In this document: positions 1-10,730 of the stretch, piece by piece | How the letters are laid out: each line of letters starts with the position of its first letter | How positions within the stretch are numbered: position 1 is the stretch's first letter | Origin: Cyanophora paradoxa CCMP329 | Taxonomy: Eukaryota > Plantae > Glaucophyta | Assembly (NCBI GenBank): GCA_004431415.1 | Contig: QPMI01000097.1 | Location: forward strand, 1 to 64,000 | Direction: 5' to 3' | Length of the DNA stretch: 64,000 nucleotides | Program-made: the position numbers and the translations under genes | Notes under the pieces: model-generated | Databases searched by the model: none | Told to the model about the DNA's origin: nothing | What the model saw: only the letters and a program-made list of their open reading frames with translations

Positions 1-954
1 GCGGAGGCGGAGGCCCCGGAGGCGGGGCCCCCCTTCGTTGTCGGAGTCTGACTCGATCATTTCGTCTCTGGTTCCTTGGATGGCAGGGCCTTCTGAATGA
101 GGGCCTCGCGCGCGCCTTGCCCGCCTTGATTGCTCTGCCCATGGCCGCCTCCGGGAAACTGGCCTCGATGGCCTCGTTGTCCCCGTCCGTGATGCGCACC
201 TTCTGCTCGCGGCGGGCCTTGATGTACTGTTCCTTGTCCATCCGCTTCTTCGCCCGCCTTTTCTCCCTGGGTACGTCGCGCTGGCGGCTCTCGTCCGGCC
301 CCGGCCCCTCGCTGTCCGAGCTCGAGGGCGGCTCGGCCTGGGCGAAGGGCTGGCGCGTGTTGCGGTTCGTCCAGTCGGGGTCGTTACTTCCCTCCGATCA
401 GCTCCTCGGGCTTCTTGTTCTCGCGCGCTTAGATGCTCGTGGGCTTGAACTCCTCGCCGTTGATGATGTACTTGTAGTAGTAGTACGCGTCCTCGAGGTT
501 CATCGGGCCCAGCGTCTCGAGGCGCTTCTTGCGCTTCGGAATTCGGTGATCTGATCCTCCTTCGACTTGCAGAACTCCCGCACGCCCGCAGCACCGTCAG
601 GTTCTTGCCGTCCACGTCGCAGGCGCCCGCTCCCTTGGCCTTCAGTTCGCGGTGAAGGCCGACTGGCCCATCAGCCAGGCGCGGAAGCCCTCCTCGTACT
701 CCTGTCGAGGCTCGACTCCATCTGCTGGAACTTGTTGATGTAGTACGCGTTGGCGATGCCTGCGCCTCCACCTCGCGAGCTTGTCCGATTGATCGCGCTC
801 CTCGACCGAATTTCCGCGTGGCCCTCGCCAGCGCCGTCTTCATCAGCTGCTGAAAGTGCGCGTACTTGTCGCTCTCGAAGGGCTGATGTGCGAGTCCCCG
901 CCCCCGGATCGCGAGCACGTTGCGCGGCGCGAAACGCGAGGCGAGCCCCCTCAT
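1..954 (-). pseudogene. Frameshifted viral hypothetical protein(s)
   Basis: Protein-like segments across frames: MRGLASRF..., GIANAYYINKFQQMESSLD, EYEEGFRAWLMGQS, LETLGPMNLEDAYYYYKYIINGEEF. ATG at 954 is preceded by an AAAATTTCA-type motif. Confidence 0.5.
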
Positions 955-1097
955 TTGCACTTCTTAGGCGGCTTTGAAATTTTATCGGTCTTGCCTTGTC
1001 TTCCTTCCGTCCTTCTTCTCGCCCCTTCTTCCCTGCTTCGTCGGCGCATCGCACGAATATTCGCCGGCGAGACGTCCTCGTACAGCGGCTTCGTCCC

Positions 1098-1538
1098 TTA
1101 GGAAATTCGGCGGCCCTTCAGCTTCTCCTTCGCCTCCTTCACCTCCGCCTTGGTGGCCGCTCCTGCCCGTTCGTGGGCGCCTTTTTCGCGGGCTCTTCTG
1201 CGCCTCCGCATGTTACCCATCACCAGAAAATATGGGTTGGCGCCCCCGTACGTCTCGGGAACTGCCTCTCCCACCTGCGCTCGGCCGCGTCCTCTGTCGG
1301 CGAAGCTACGGTAGCGCGGCCCTCGCCCCATCACGATTTGCCAGAGCCGTGCACGACCTCGTCCTGCAGTCTGTACACCCAATCGCGAATGTTCTCGACG
1401 ATATCCGTCGCAGCGTGGCCAACCCCGCCTTGATCTCGGGTACATCCGTGGATCCTCTTCGAGCGTAAGCTTCTGCATGCGAGCGCGCAGCATCTCAATT
1501 GCGTATCGATGGGGCCCAATAAGGATAGATCGAGACAT
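1098..1538 (-). CDS. Viral hypothetical protein (probably internally frameshifted)
   Basis: ORF MSRSILIGPHRYAIEMLRARMQ...; AATTTCT motif 16 nt upstream of the ATG. Confidence 0.5.
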   Translation of the reverse strand: MSRSILIGPHRYAIEMLRARMQKLTLEEDPRMYPRSRRGWPRCDGYRREHSRLGVQTAGRGRARLWQIVMGRGPRYRSFADRGRGRAQVGEAVPETYGGANPYFLVMGNMRRRRRAREKGAHERAGAATKAEVKEAKEKLKGRRIS

Positions 1539-1559
1539 CGGGTACGGGTCACTGAGAAA

Positions 1560-1796
1560 TTACACTGGGTCGGAAGAGGAGTACCCCACCAGGATCCCGC
1601 TATAATCCAGAGGCGACCAGTCGCGCTCCGCCGGCGCGCCCCGGCTCACATCAGCTGCCCCGCCCGGCCTGCGCAGGCCGTGCGTGCGGTGGTCCGCCAG
1701 TGCGGCGCGGAACTGCTCCTGCGCATGCGCTCGGGTAGATGCCGTCGAATCGGTTCTGCATTTGTACATGTCCCTATCGAACAGCAGGGAGGCCAT
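1560..1796 (-). CDS. Small viral hypothetical protein
   Basis: ORF MASLLFDRDMYKCRTD...; ATTTCT motif ~20 nt upstream. Confidence 0.4.
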   Translation of the reverse strand: MASLLFDRDMYKCRTDSTASTRAHAQEQFRAALADHRTHGLRRPGGAADVSRGAPAERDWSPLDYSGILVGYSSSDPV

Positions 1797-1798
1797 TC

Positions 1799-2365
1799 TC
1801 AATTTGGGGAGGACTTAGAAATACTGCCCGTGAGCTCCCTGTCGCGGATCCTGCGAAAATCCGCGAAGAGCCCGCGCGCGCAGCGCCTGCAGACGAGCGG
1901 CCCGCCGCCACGCGCGCCACGAATCTCGTGCCGAACTGCAGGTGCCCGGAAGCAGGTGGGGGTAGTCGCAGACGAAGCAGTGCAGGCAGTTGCCGCCGAA
2001 TCACTGCTGAAGAATCGCAGGCTCGCTCGCCGCCTTCCTCGCGCGCGCTGCGCTTGGCTGGCCTCGAGCGGCTCGGTCGCCCTCCGCGGGCCGCCTTGGC
2101 CTTCTGCCGGGCGCCGCGGGGCTCGGGCCGTAGGGCTGCCGGTGCCTGGCTCGAGCCGGCGCCGGCCAGCGCGTCGGTCACCTGCGGCGCTGCGGCGGAG
2201 GCTGGTCTCCGGCCCCTCCTCGAGACCGGCGCATGAAGCGCGAGACGCGGCCGCTGCATTGCGTGCAGGAGCCGACGGCCACTGCGGTTGTTCTTGCTGG
2301 TACGCACCTCGACGTTGGCGAGCTTGGTGTTGAGCGGCACTTGAAGCAGTAGTGGCGTGCTCCAT
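1799..2365 (-). pseudogene. Frameshifted Zn-ribbon protein(s): DUF5679-like N-part plus a second Cys cluster
   Basis: Joined frames give HYCFKCR..TKLANVEVRTSKNNR..VGSCTQCSGRVSRF (DUF5679-like pattern), then CLHCFVCDYP...GPLVCRRCARG. Confidence 0.45.
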
Positions 2366-2539
2366 GGATCTAGCTACGGTGTAGACAGCCTTCAGAAAAA
2401 GTGCTAGTAGCGGACGGCGCACCGGGGCAGCAGACGTAGACGCCCGCCTTGAGCACCAGCCGCGCTTGGTCTGGGCAGGCGGCAGATTTCGCAGCAGAGG
2501 ACCTGGCTTGCGGCACGAGGATCCCATCTGCGGCGGCCT

Positions 2540-3012
2540 AGAAATCACAATGGATCACAACGATTGAGCGCGGCGTAGAGGCGATTAAGTAGCGTCGCAG
2601 AGGTCGTCGAGCTTGCCGTTCGATCCGCGATGTCGGCGAGCTCGGCGGTACGAGTCGCGCACTTGTCCACGGCGCCCGCTTGCGCTCCTTGTAGCTCGGT
2701 TCGAGATCTTGAAGAAGTGCTTGATGGCGCGCGGGCTCACGATCCGCGCACGCCCGTACAGCAGGGCGTGAGCGTGCACTCGATGCAGCGATTGATTCCC
2801 GTCCTCTGGCCCTCGATCGCGATCTGGTCGGGAAGCCGAAGGCGCTATGGCGCGAGTAACCTCCACCAGGCGCGCAACCAGCGCCACAGCAGCGCGCAGA
2901 CGGAAGAGGCGATCTTCTGCCAGTCGAGAATCTGGATTCCTTTGTCTGCGGATCGAATTCGATGAGCACCATGCGAAATTGATGACCCCCACATCCACGC
3001 CGAGATCTTCAT
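2540..3012 (-). CDS. RuvC-like Holliday junction resolvase (poxvirus A22 type), frameshifted
   Basis: MKI-LGVDVGVINFA (catalytic D1), DQIAIEGQ (catalytic E), RIVSPRAIKHFF, YKERKRA, KLDDLCDA (C-terminal DD..D). Confidence 0.8.
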
Positions 3013-3263
3013 CCCAGGTCGCAAGAAAATCTGAATGAAGGGGATGGCAGAGCCTGGCGGAAAAATTCATCCGGATGTGCATCGACATTACCGAGATGAG
3101 TTCTTCAGCTCAGACTACAGCCAAAGCGTTCCAGACATTCTGAGCGATTTCGAAAGCTGCATTAGAGAGGGCTGCGCGCTGCTAGTATCGACTACGAGAC
3201 CTGGAGCTAGGTATCGACTACGAGACCTGGAGCACCCTCGAAAAATCTGAATGAAGGGGTAAA

Positions 3264-4276
3264 ATGGCCAAGGACCCCAAGAAGCCGAAGAAGCCGAAGG
3301 CGCCAAGCCCCAGCCCGCCCAGCCCGCAGCGCAGCGCCCGCGCCCCGCCCCCGCCGGCCAGGCCACCGCACGGCTCGGGCACGGCCCCGCCGCCGGCGCC
3401 AGCTGCGCCATGGCATGACAGAGACGGCCAGCAGCTCACGCCCGAGCAGGTCAACGCCTTCCTCGACAACTCGAAGACGGAGCATCGAGCGCATGGCCTG
3501 CCTGCCCGAGCTCAAGTGGTTCGACGTGAACACCGTCAAGTCCGACGCCACGGTCGTCTGCGTCGGCAAGCGGCGCACGGGCAAGTCCTTCTTCCTCCGC
3601 GATCTCATGTTCAACCTCTCCGGCACCTTCCCGGGGTATCGTGATCAGCCAGACCGATCGCCTGAACGGCTACTGGAAGCAGTACATCCCGCAGCGCTTC
3701 ATCTGGCCCAAGTACAACCCGGCGTGCTCTTCCATTTATTCAGGAGGCAGCAGCGATCATGCAGCACAACAAGTCCGAAGACGTGCTCGCGGAAAGAGGA
3801 TCCGTCGACCCGCGATTTTCGTGCTGCTCGACGACGTGATTTCCGACGCTCGCTGCGTACGACGAGGCCTCAACGAGCTCTTCGTGCGGGCGCCACTACA
3901 AAATCATGACCCTTATCACGACGCAGTATGCCAAGGCATCAATCCCGTCCTGCGCTCCAATACTGATCTGGCTGTCATTTTCAAGTGCTCGCAGGCGATG
4001 CAGCGCGAGGCCCTCGCAAAGGAGTGGGCGACATCATCTCCCAGCGCGCCTTCTACTACCTGCTCGATAAGTACACGCAGGATAACCACTGCCTTATCAT
4101 CGATTCTTCCAACAACTCTACGAACCCTCTGGACGTTTTGTACGTCTACAAGGCGAGGAGCCGCCCCCTTCCGCATCGGATCCAAGGAGTACTGGAGGCG
4201 AAACCGTCAACGGAGAAAATCTCGTGGGTCCGGACGACGGCACGGTGGACAAGACGCTCCTCGGCATGATAGATAA
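3264..4276 (+). CDS. A32-like virion DNA packaging ATPase (FtsK-HerA superfamily), frameshifted
   Basis: Walker A VCVGKRRTGKSFFL, Walker B IFVLLDDVI, A32 motifs GRHYKI..LITTQYAKGINPVLRSNTD, C-terminal FRIGSKEYW. Confidence 0.9.
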
Positions 4277-4328
4277 TTTCAGGAAGCACCGCGCCTCGCC
4301 TGATTTTTCTGAGGCTTCGTGCGTAAGC

Positions 4329-4680
4329 ATGTCGCCCAGCGCCCACATCGCCTCCGTCTTCCGCGTCGAGTCCATCGCTTACGACTGCCTCCTGGAGGCG
4401 AGCCTCGACCCTCCTCGCCCTTTAACGACGGCGAGGTCAGCAGCGCCCTGGAGAGGATCTGCGACGCGCTGGGAATTAACTGGAGCGCCTGACCGCGGAG
4501 CGGCGGACGAGGCCGCGGCCGAGTCGCTGGCAGTGAGGACACCAGCTCGGAGGAGATGACAGACGAAGAGGAGACAGGTGATTACGTGCGCGACCCGGAC
4601 GATTTGCGACCTCGGAATCGGGCTCGGAGGAGAGGCAGAGGAGACGAGGACGAGGACTCCGACGCCTAGGCGCCCCTTAA
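4329..4680 (+). CDS. Viral hypothetical protein (frameshifted)
   Basis: MSPSAHIASVFRVESIAYDCLLEA...; GATTTTTCT motif 18 nt upstream. Confidence 0.4.
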
Positions 4681-4700
4681 AATTTCCGAGCGCTAGGAAA

Positions 4701-5036
4701 ATGTCAAAGGTGCTCCTAGGCTCTCCAGGCTATCGTGCAGTACGCCCTCGGCCTGGCATCCGGCTCCCTCATCGACGCCGCCTTCTCTCGCACGAAGGCG
4801 AAAACAGGCGGGCCACGCAGCCGAGCTCGCCGCGCAAGTCGCCGTCAACGCCTCTCCTCGGCCTGCTCTCGAAATACGTGCTCACCCTCAAGTTCTTCGA
4901 CGACGACCCACCGGCGGAATTATGTTCATCCTCGATTCACACACGGCAGACGAACATGCTAATCAAGGCTACCAGCGCCAGCTTCGGAATCAAGCAGGCG
5001 CTCGAGCGGAAGGCCGCCGCGATCACTAAAGAGTAG
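4701..5036 (+). CDS. Small viral membrane protein (frameshifted)
   Basis: Hydrophobic segments VQYALGLASGSLIDAAF, LLGLLSKYVLTLKFFDDDP, GGIMFIL; upstream motif present. Confidence 0.5.
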   Translation: MSKVLLGSPGYRAVRPRPGIRLPHRRRLLSHEGENRRATQPSSPRKSPSTPLLGLLSKYVLTLKFFDDDPPAELCSSSIHTRQTNMLIKATSASFGIKQALERKAAAITKE

Positions 5037-5843
5037 CTAAAGAGTAGAAAGAAATGCCAGTCGTGTACTCGCAGATCCTGTTCCAAATCGAATCTAACTC
5101 CGAGAGTTTCTGCCTGCTCTTGAGCAAGGGAAAAAGGGAGGTGCTGGGCAAATCCAGCAGCACGAAAATCTGCCTGAAAACGTAATTGTAGTTGAGCATG
5201 TTCTTCCTGCCCTGCGACTTGAACATGCTGAAGGGACCTCCACCAGGCGAACATCTCCTGCACCCGTCCATGTCCTCCGCGCTCATCGGAGGCGGCGCTC
5301 GCCCGTGATGCGCCACTTGATCTGCGCCCAGCGCTCGATGTACTTCTGCTGCTTCAGAGCCCGGAGAACTTGCGGATATTGTCTTTGCTCCACTCCTTCC
5401 CGCCATGCGCCTCGCAATAGCTGCCAGCACGTCCTCGGTACCGGAGAATCCTCCAGGCAGTGCTGCTTAAGTCGCTCGGAAACGTGGTACTTGCGCAGGT
5501 AGTTGCTGTGGAGCTCGCTGACAGCCAGGGTTGATGGTCCGGATAATAAAGATCCAGACCAGACCGCAGCCTTGGCAAACCAGATCCCCATCCAGGTGAA
5601 CACCAACGAGGCGGTAGAGCTGCAATTTCCGCAGGGACAGCGCTTCGCCTTGGGGCCTTGGGTGCGGCGGTTGCGCTTGCGGGGCGCTCTCCGGCCCCGA
5701 GTAGGAGTTGGCGATGGCGCGGCGGCGGCGGGTACGTGCCGGAGTGTCGAAGTCTGGGTCCCCTCGTCGTGAAGGATGGCGCCGTAGCGCTGGATCTGCT
5801 CGAAGTTTCGGAGGAGGAGATCGATTTCGTTAGAGTCTGCCAT
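5030..5843 (-). CDS. Viral late transcription factor 3 (VLTF3, poxvirus A2L family), frameshifted
   Basis: Zn finger CPCGNC...DGDLVCQGCGLV; SNYLRKYHVSERLKQ; LRALKQQKYIERWAQIKWRITG; RKNMLNYNYVFRQIFVLL; FPLLKSRQKLSELDSIWNRICE. Confidence 0.9.
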
Positions 5844-6067
5844 TCCTCTGAGTCCTCGTACTGCAGCTGAGCTATTCCCTGCAGAACCAACAGGTTGCTT
5901 CTCAGAGGAGAGTGGTCCCACTTGCAAGTGAGGAAGCACTTGTTGCAGAAGGCGTTGCTCAGGTGATTCATGTGAGGCTCAGGTGATGCTCAGGTGAGTG
6001 CGGACGTACCCCGGGCCCACGTGGAAGCTCACCCAGCCTCGGAAAATTTTCTAGGCCTTGGTCTGAC

Positions 6068-6880
6068 ATGCTCAACCTCATCGCGAGGGCGTGGCAGCAA
6101 ACAGGCAAGCCCGGCACCGAACCCTCACCTCCGCATGGACGCCTCCGGCCGCTCCCGGGTAGAGACGCACATCGTGGTGGCAACATCAACGACAAGGTGC
6201 TGGCGCCCGACAAGACGTGGTTCCAGAAGTGCTGGACGCGGCGCCCGTGAGGAAACTGAACGGGAGGATCGGCCGCAGCGCGAGTCGAATTTCATGATCA
6301 CCATCCAGACCAACTACAAGCCGCGGAGCAGGGAGAGGCTCCAAGGTGCAGGACGCGTTTCACAGGGGCTGGAGGCCCTCTTCTACGACGACAGGCAGCT
6401 GGCGCGGTGCATAAAGATGGGGTGTACCCCGACAAGGCGAACCCCAAGGGCTTCGATTTCAAGTCCGACCAGTACGACACGCACGTGGAGAAGGGCAACG
6501 CGAACATCGGCATCGAGTACGGCCGCGGTCGGGCGGCTCCACGCGCACATCCTGCTCACGCTGGTGCACTACTCGCGCGTGCAATTCGACGGCAAGAAGG
6601 CGTCGGATTTCCTCATCAAGTTCATGCAAACGGAGGGCAGGCGGCCTGCCGAATTTCTACAAGGACGACTGGTTCGGGAGGAGTACCAGAAGACGCGGTG
6701 CGGCCGATACGGAGAAAGGACGCCCTCGCATGCAGTGGACGGGCAAGAGACGGCTACAGGAAGCGAGAAACCGCCAGGCAGATGCACGTAGACGTAAAAT
6801 TGCTGCCGCAGAGCAACCTTAAGGATCTGCTGCAGCTGTACATTACGAAGACGGTAGAGGCCCTCGAGACGGCGCTGTAA
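6068..6880 (+). CDS. HUH-superfamily (rolling-circle Rep-like) endonuclease, frameshifted
   Basis: Motif I SNFMITIQTN, motif II RLHAHILLTLVH, motif III LQLYITK (YxxK). Confidence 0.85.
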
Positions 6881-6911
6881 AGCTCGTGTAAATTTTTCTC
6901 GTGTCCAATAA

Positions 6912-8901
6912 ATGCCTCCGAAGCGCCGAGCCGCAAGAAGAAGCCAGAGAGCTCGAGCGAGTCAGAGGAAGAGGAGCCCACGTCCCGTCCTCCGAGTCGA
7001 GGAAGAAGAGAGAAGAGGAAGAGGAGCCGGAGCCTAAGCCGAAGGGCAAGGGCAAGGGAAGGAAAGGAAAGGCAAAGGGAAACGCGCCCGATACCGCGTG
7101 GACGAGCTCGAGACGCCCGTCGTTGAGATTCCGAAGCGATACGTGCTGGTTCAGGCGAGGACGGCATATTCCAGCAGCAGAAGAGCATATCCGATTACAT
7201 CAAGCTCTCGGCCACCAAAGAAGTTCAGATGCTCCATCGCTGCTCGATAAATCATACCACGAGCCCGCGACCCTCTGGAGCATCCACAGCGAAATCGAGT
7301 ACGATAAACTCCCGAGGAGCGACTGCGCGCCATACCGCGCACGTACCAGAGCGCGCAGAAATCGCCGCCAATCTGCTACCGCTGCCTTCGCCTCATGTAC
7401 GAAGCCACGCCCGTGCCGAGCGCCAAGGGGCCAACACGCCAGAGAAAATCGCCGCGAGGAGGCAGCGCAGGCGAGGAAGGATGCCGTGTACGAAGAGTAC
7501 GTCGCGGTCATAGAGAAGGCAAACGCGTGGGCGGCCAAGCAAAACGGCAAGGAAAGAAAAAGGCCAGGAGCCGTACCCCCTCATCAAGGACAAGAAGCCG
7601 GCGCAGGTGCCCACGGTGTCGCCCAGAAACTCGTGGCTCTGCCAGAAGTGCGTCACGCTGCTCGCAACAAGGCCTGCTCGTGATCTTGGCCTGCAGAGGC
7701 GAAAGAGGGCGACACGGCCACCGTCTCCAAGCAGACGCGCGACCACATGTCGAGAGCGTGCTCGGCGGCCGAAGCCAAAGACCACGAAAAAGGCAAAGGA
7801 TACGGCCGCTGACTTCGGATCGTCCGTCATCGAGCCCAACTCTGCGCAGTCGAAAATCAGAAAGGCGAAAATCGTGGCGCCGAGCATGGAAGATTTAATG
7901 GCAACCTTCGCGGACGCGCAAGAGGTAAAGCAGAACATAGAGAAGGCGAAAACGGGACTGCAGCGGCGCAGGCAAACGGGCTGGAGGCGCTCGAGAAGGT
8001 GATCACGGAAATCAGCGAGACGGGCGGTCGGTCTTCATCCTCAACAAAAAGAATCCCGACGGAAGCACGCGGTACGACATACGACAGGCGCGCCAGTCGC
8101 GCTACTGGGTGCTCTTCAACACCCACAAGCGCCTGGAGAGGCGCGAGAATTCGAGGCGCGCGCTGCGCGACAGCCTCGCAGAGGTGCTCTCGGATGCAGA
8201 ATTCTACAAGTTCATACGCTTCAATATGAAGGAAGAGAACGGCAAGTACAAGGACGACACGTACGCCAACGCAATCATCGGAATTCGCGTGCAAGGGGCG
8301 TGGAGGTGGGCCGACGGACGGCGCGCTGCACGCCCACGTGCTGGTGACGATCGATCACATATCGAATTTGCAGGTGCTGTGGGCGAATTACGACTGGGTG
8401 GTGCTGCTGAAGGAGAAGGAGCCGAGCACCACGACGTGTACGAGCGGCTGCACCAAATTCTGTCCGCGAAATTCACGGCGGCGGGCAGCGCCTCGTAGAC
8501 CAGAAGAGGCAGAGGCAGGCCTCAACCGAGCATCGATACGATGGTGGAAATCGCAGAGCTCGAGCGCATGCTGACGGAAGAGAAGATAGGCATGGGAAAG
8601 ATCCGCCCACCGTCCTTGCGTCGCTGATCCCAGAGGAAAATTACGCGAGCAAGCTGCAGGAGTACCTCTCAAAGACGCTGCCCGACAAGCAGAGGCGCGA
8701 TTTACTGAAAGAGTGGTCGCACGCGCGAAACACGAACAACACCGACAACAACACGGACGGGTACCTCTTCACGATTTTCCAGCGGACGCCGGCCAGGCGG
8801 ACGATCCCCGCTTCGCGCCGCAGGCCGCGGAAATCGGCGACCTGAGGCCAGGGCCGAGGCGCGGCAAAGGCAAGGGCGCGGAAGGGAAGGGTAGCGGATA
8901 A
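6912..8901 (+). CDS. Long HUH endonuclease paralog with charged N-terminal extension, frameshifted
   Basis: Motif I SRYWVLFNTHKR (~8095-8130), motif II LHAHVLVTIDH (~8326-8358), motif III KLQEYLSK (~8651-8675); long K/E-rich N-terminus with WLCQKC. Confidence 0.75.
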
Positions 8902-8923
8902 TAAATCTGACGGGCCCGCGAAA

Positions 8924-9160
8924 ATGTTCCAGGGGAATGCACCCACTCGGACATCATCACCGTCGTCTGCGGCGCGCTCTTCCTGGTCTCGGAGCTGCTG
9001 GCGGCACGGAGCGCGTCGGCCCCAACACAGTGCTGGGCGCCCTGAAGCGGCGGCCCTTAGGGTCGTCCGCCGCGGACAGCCCGAGCCCGAACCCCACCGG
9101 AGCAGCAGAGGCGCGAGAGCACGCAGAACATAGGCCGCACCACGTCGACATTCAGATGAC
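8924..9160 (+). CDS. Small viral membrane protein (frameshifted)
   Basis: DIITVVCGALFLVSELLAA hydrophobic segment; AATAAATCT motif upstream of ATG 8924. Confidence 0.4.
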
Positions 9161-9189
9161 GCAAACCGTACCCGTTTTTTCTAGAGAAC

Positions 9190-9543
9190 ATGGGAAATGG
9201 AGACTCCCGCGACACCAGCCCCAGCGCAGAGGCTCCAGCGCCCAGCAACTCCAGCAGCAGCACCGCGGCCTACCCTTGGCTTCTTAGGACTTACGCGCGA
9301 AAGAAGCAGCAGCAGCCGAAGGCACCGGCGGAAATGGCGGCTGACCTGGATCGGTGCACCCGCCGCGCCATCGCGAGCTACGCCAAGCGCGTCGAGCAGT
9401 ACCACCCCCAGATGCAGAGGACGCCCGGCGTACGCGAAGAACCCCGCCGCGAGCCCGCCCGTGATGGCCGCCGTCATCGACCGGCTGCAGTGGGCGCTGC
9501 ACGAGGAGGAGAGCGCGTCAGGAATTTCTTCATGCCCAAGTAA
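9190..9543 (+). CDS. Viral protein with putative N-myristoylation signal
   Basis: Starts MGNGDS (MGxxxS); TTTTTTCT upstream. Confidence 0.45.
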   Translation: MGNGDSRDTSPSAEAPAPSNSSSSTAAYPWLLRTYARKKQQQPKAPAEMAADLDRCTRRAIASYAKRVEQYHPQMQRTPGVREEPRREPARDGRRHRPAAVGAARGGERVRNFFMPK

Positions 9544-9565
9544 ATTTCTGAATGGGCCCTTAACA

Positions 9566-9752
9566 ATGTCGTCCATGCTCCCGAGCCTCGATGATATCAC
9601 CAGCGATTCCCGCTACCTGGGCAGCCTGCTGACCCTCGGCGCGGTCGCCTACATGTCGCCCGCGCGCTACTACCTCGTGCGGATCCTCGCCGCGCAGTTC
9701 GCGGCTACTACTTCGTGGGCCCTACCTCCTCAACGGCCTGAGGAAGGCATAA
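9566..9752 (+). CDS. Small viral membrane protein
   Basis: MSSMLPSLDDITSDSRYLGSLLTLGAVAYM...YYLVRILAAQF; AAATTTCT 16 nt upstream. Confidence 0.45.
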
Positions 9753-9774
9753 TTTCTCAGCCCCTTCCTAAATA

Positions 9775-10222
9775 ATGTCCTGCGTCAACCTCTACGTCCA
9801 GTCGAACGGAGAGACGCAGGATTCCGAGGCTTCTGGCGCCTCAGGCTGAACCAGATCCCCGCCGACATCGACACGCTGCAGATCAAGGGCGTCTACCTGG
9901 AGCTGGACACGACCGCGATTCCGGACCCCACCGCCGCGAAAACCGTCAACGTTCTGCTGATGGACGTGCCCGACTTGAACGTCACGACCATCTCGAACGT
10001 CAACACGTGCATCAACAAGGTCGTGATCCCGACGTGGGCCACGACGGCCTCGAGAACACCATCCTCTACTGGTTCGAGGTGCCCATGGCCGTGCGCCCGA
10101 ACTACGTCGCGTACGACAAGTTCCAGGAGCTGCGCGTGCGCTTCACCGACATCACGGCGCCACCAAGAAGAACAACGCCTTCATCGTCAAGAACTTCGGC
10201 CTCTGGCCTTTGCGAAATAGAT
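9775..10222 (+). CDS. Candidate single jelly-roll minor capsid (penton-like) protein, frameshifted
   Basis: ~150 aa, beta-rich: MSCVNLYVQS..FWRLRLNQIPADIDTLQIKGVYLEL..VLLMDVPDL..ILYWFEVP..FQELRVRFTD. Resembles minor capsid proteins of PLV/NCLDV-type viruses by pattern only. Confidence 0.5.
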
Positions 10223-10730
10223 TTTCGCAGGCCCCCCTTAAATGCGCCTGATCATATTCCCGCGAAAGGCTCGGCGTCAAGACGCGCACCTTTACGGGCG
10301 TGCCTGGCTACCCCTCGCCCCTCACTTACAGAGTCGATCTTGTAACCGCCTCTGGTCCAATTAAATACGGGCTGCTGCACAGCCTCAGTCACATCCGTCT
10401 CGGCGAGAGCGCATGCAGGACTTGGCCTTAATCGTAGAATTCGAGTACAGGGGTAGACACGCTAACGGGCGAGCACGTTTACAGGTACGGGTAGCAAGGA
10501 GGGTACTCGCTGCCGAACGGCACGGCGGGAATACTGGGAGCCGAAAATACGCGACGCCTCCGAGGCCTACCGCTGGCTGCGTGACGAGCAGATCACTATC
10601 AGGCCCGATTACCCTACGCCGACGTTTTCTGGCAGTGCCCGTGGCCGTTGGACAACGGGCGAGGTGAGCGGCAAGCTGAAGTGGACGTGGGACGCGGAGC
10701 ATTAGTTAATTTTTCTCTCTCGCGGATAAA

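Noticed and set aside
2540-3012. TnpB/Fanzor RuvC nuclease
   Set aside because: Only ~155 aa with A22-type motifs; no Zn finger or REC/WED region.
6068-8901. Helitron or CRESS-virus Rep
   Set aside because: No fused PIF1 or SF3 helicase motifs, and the genes are embedded among dsDNA virus genes.
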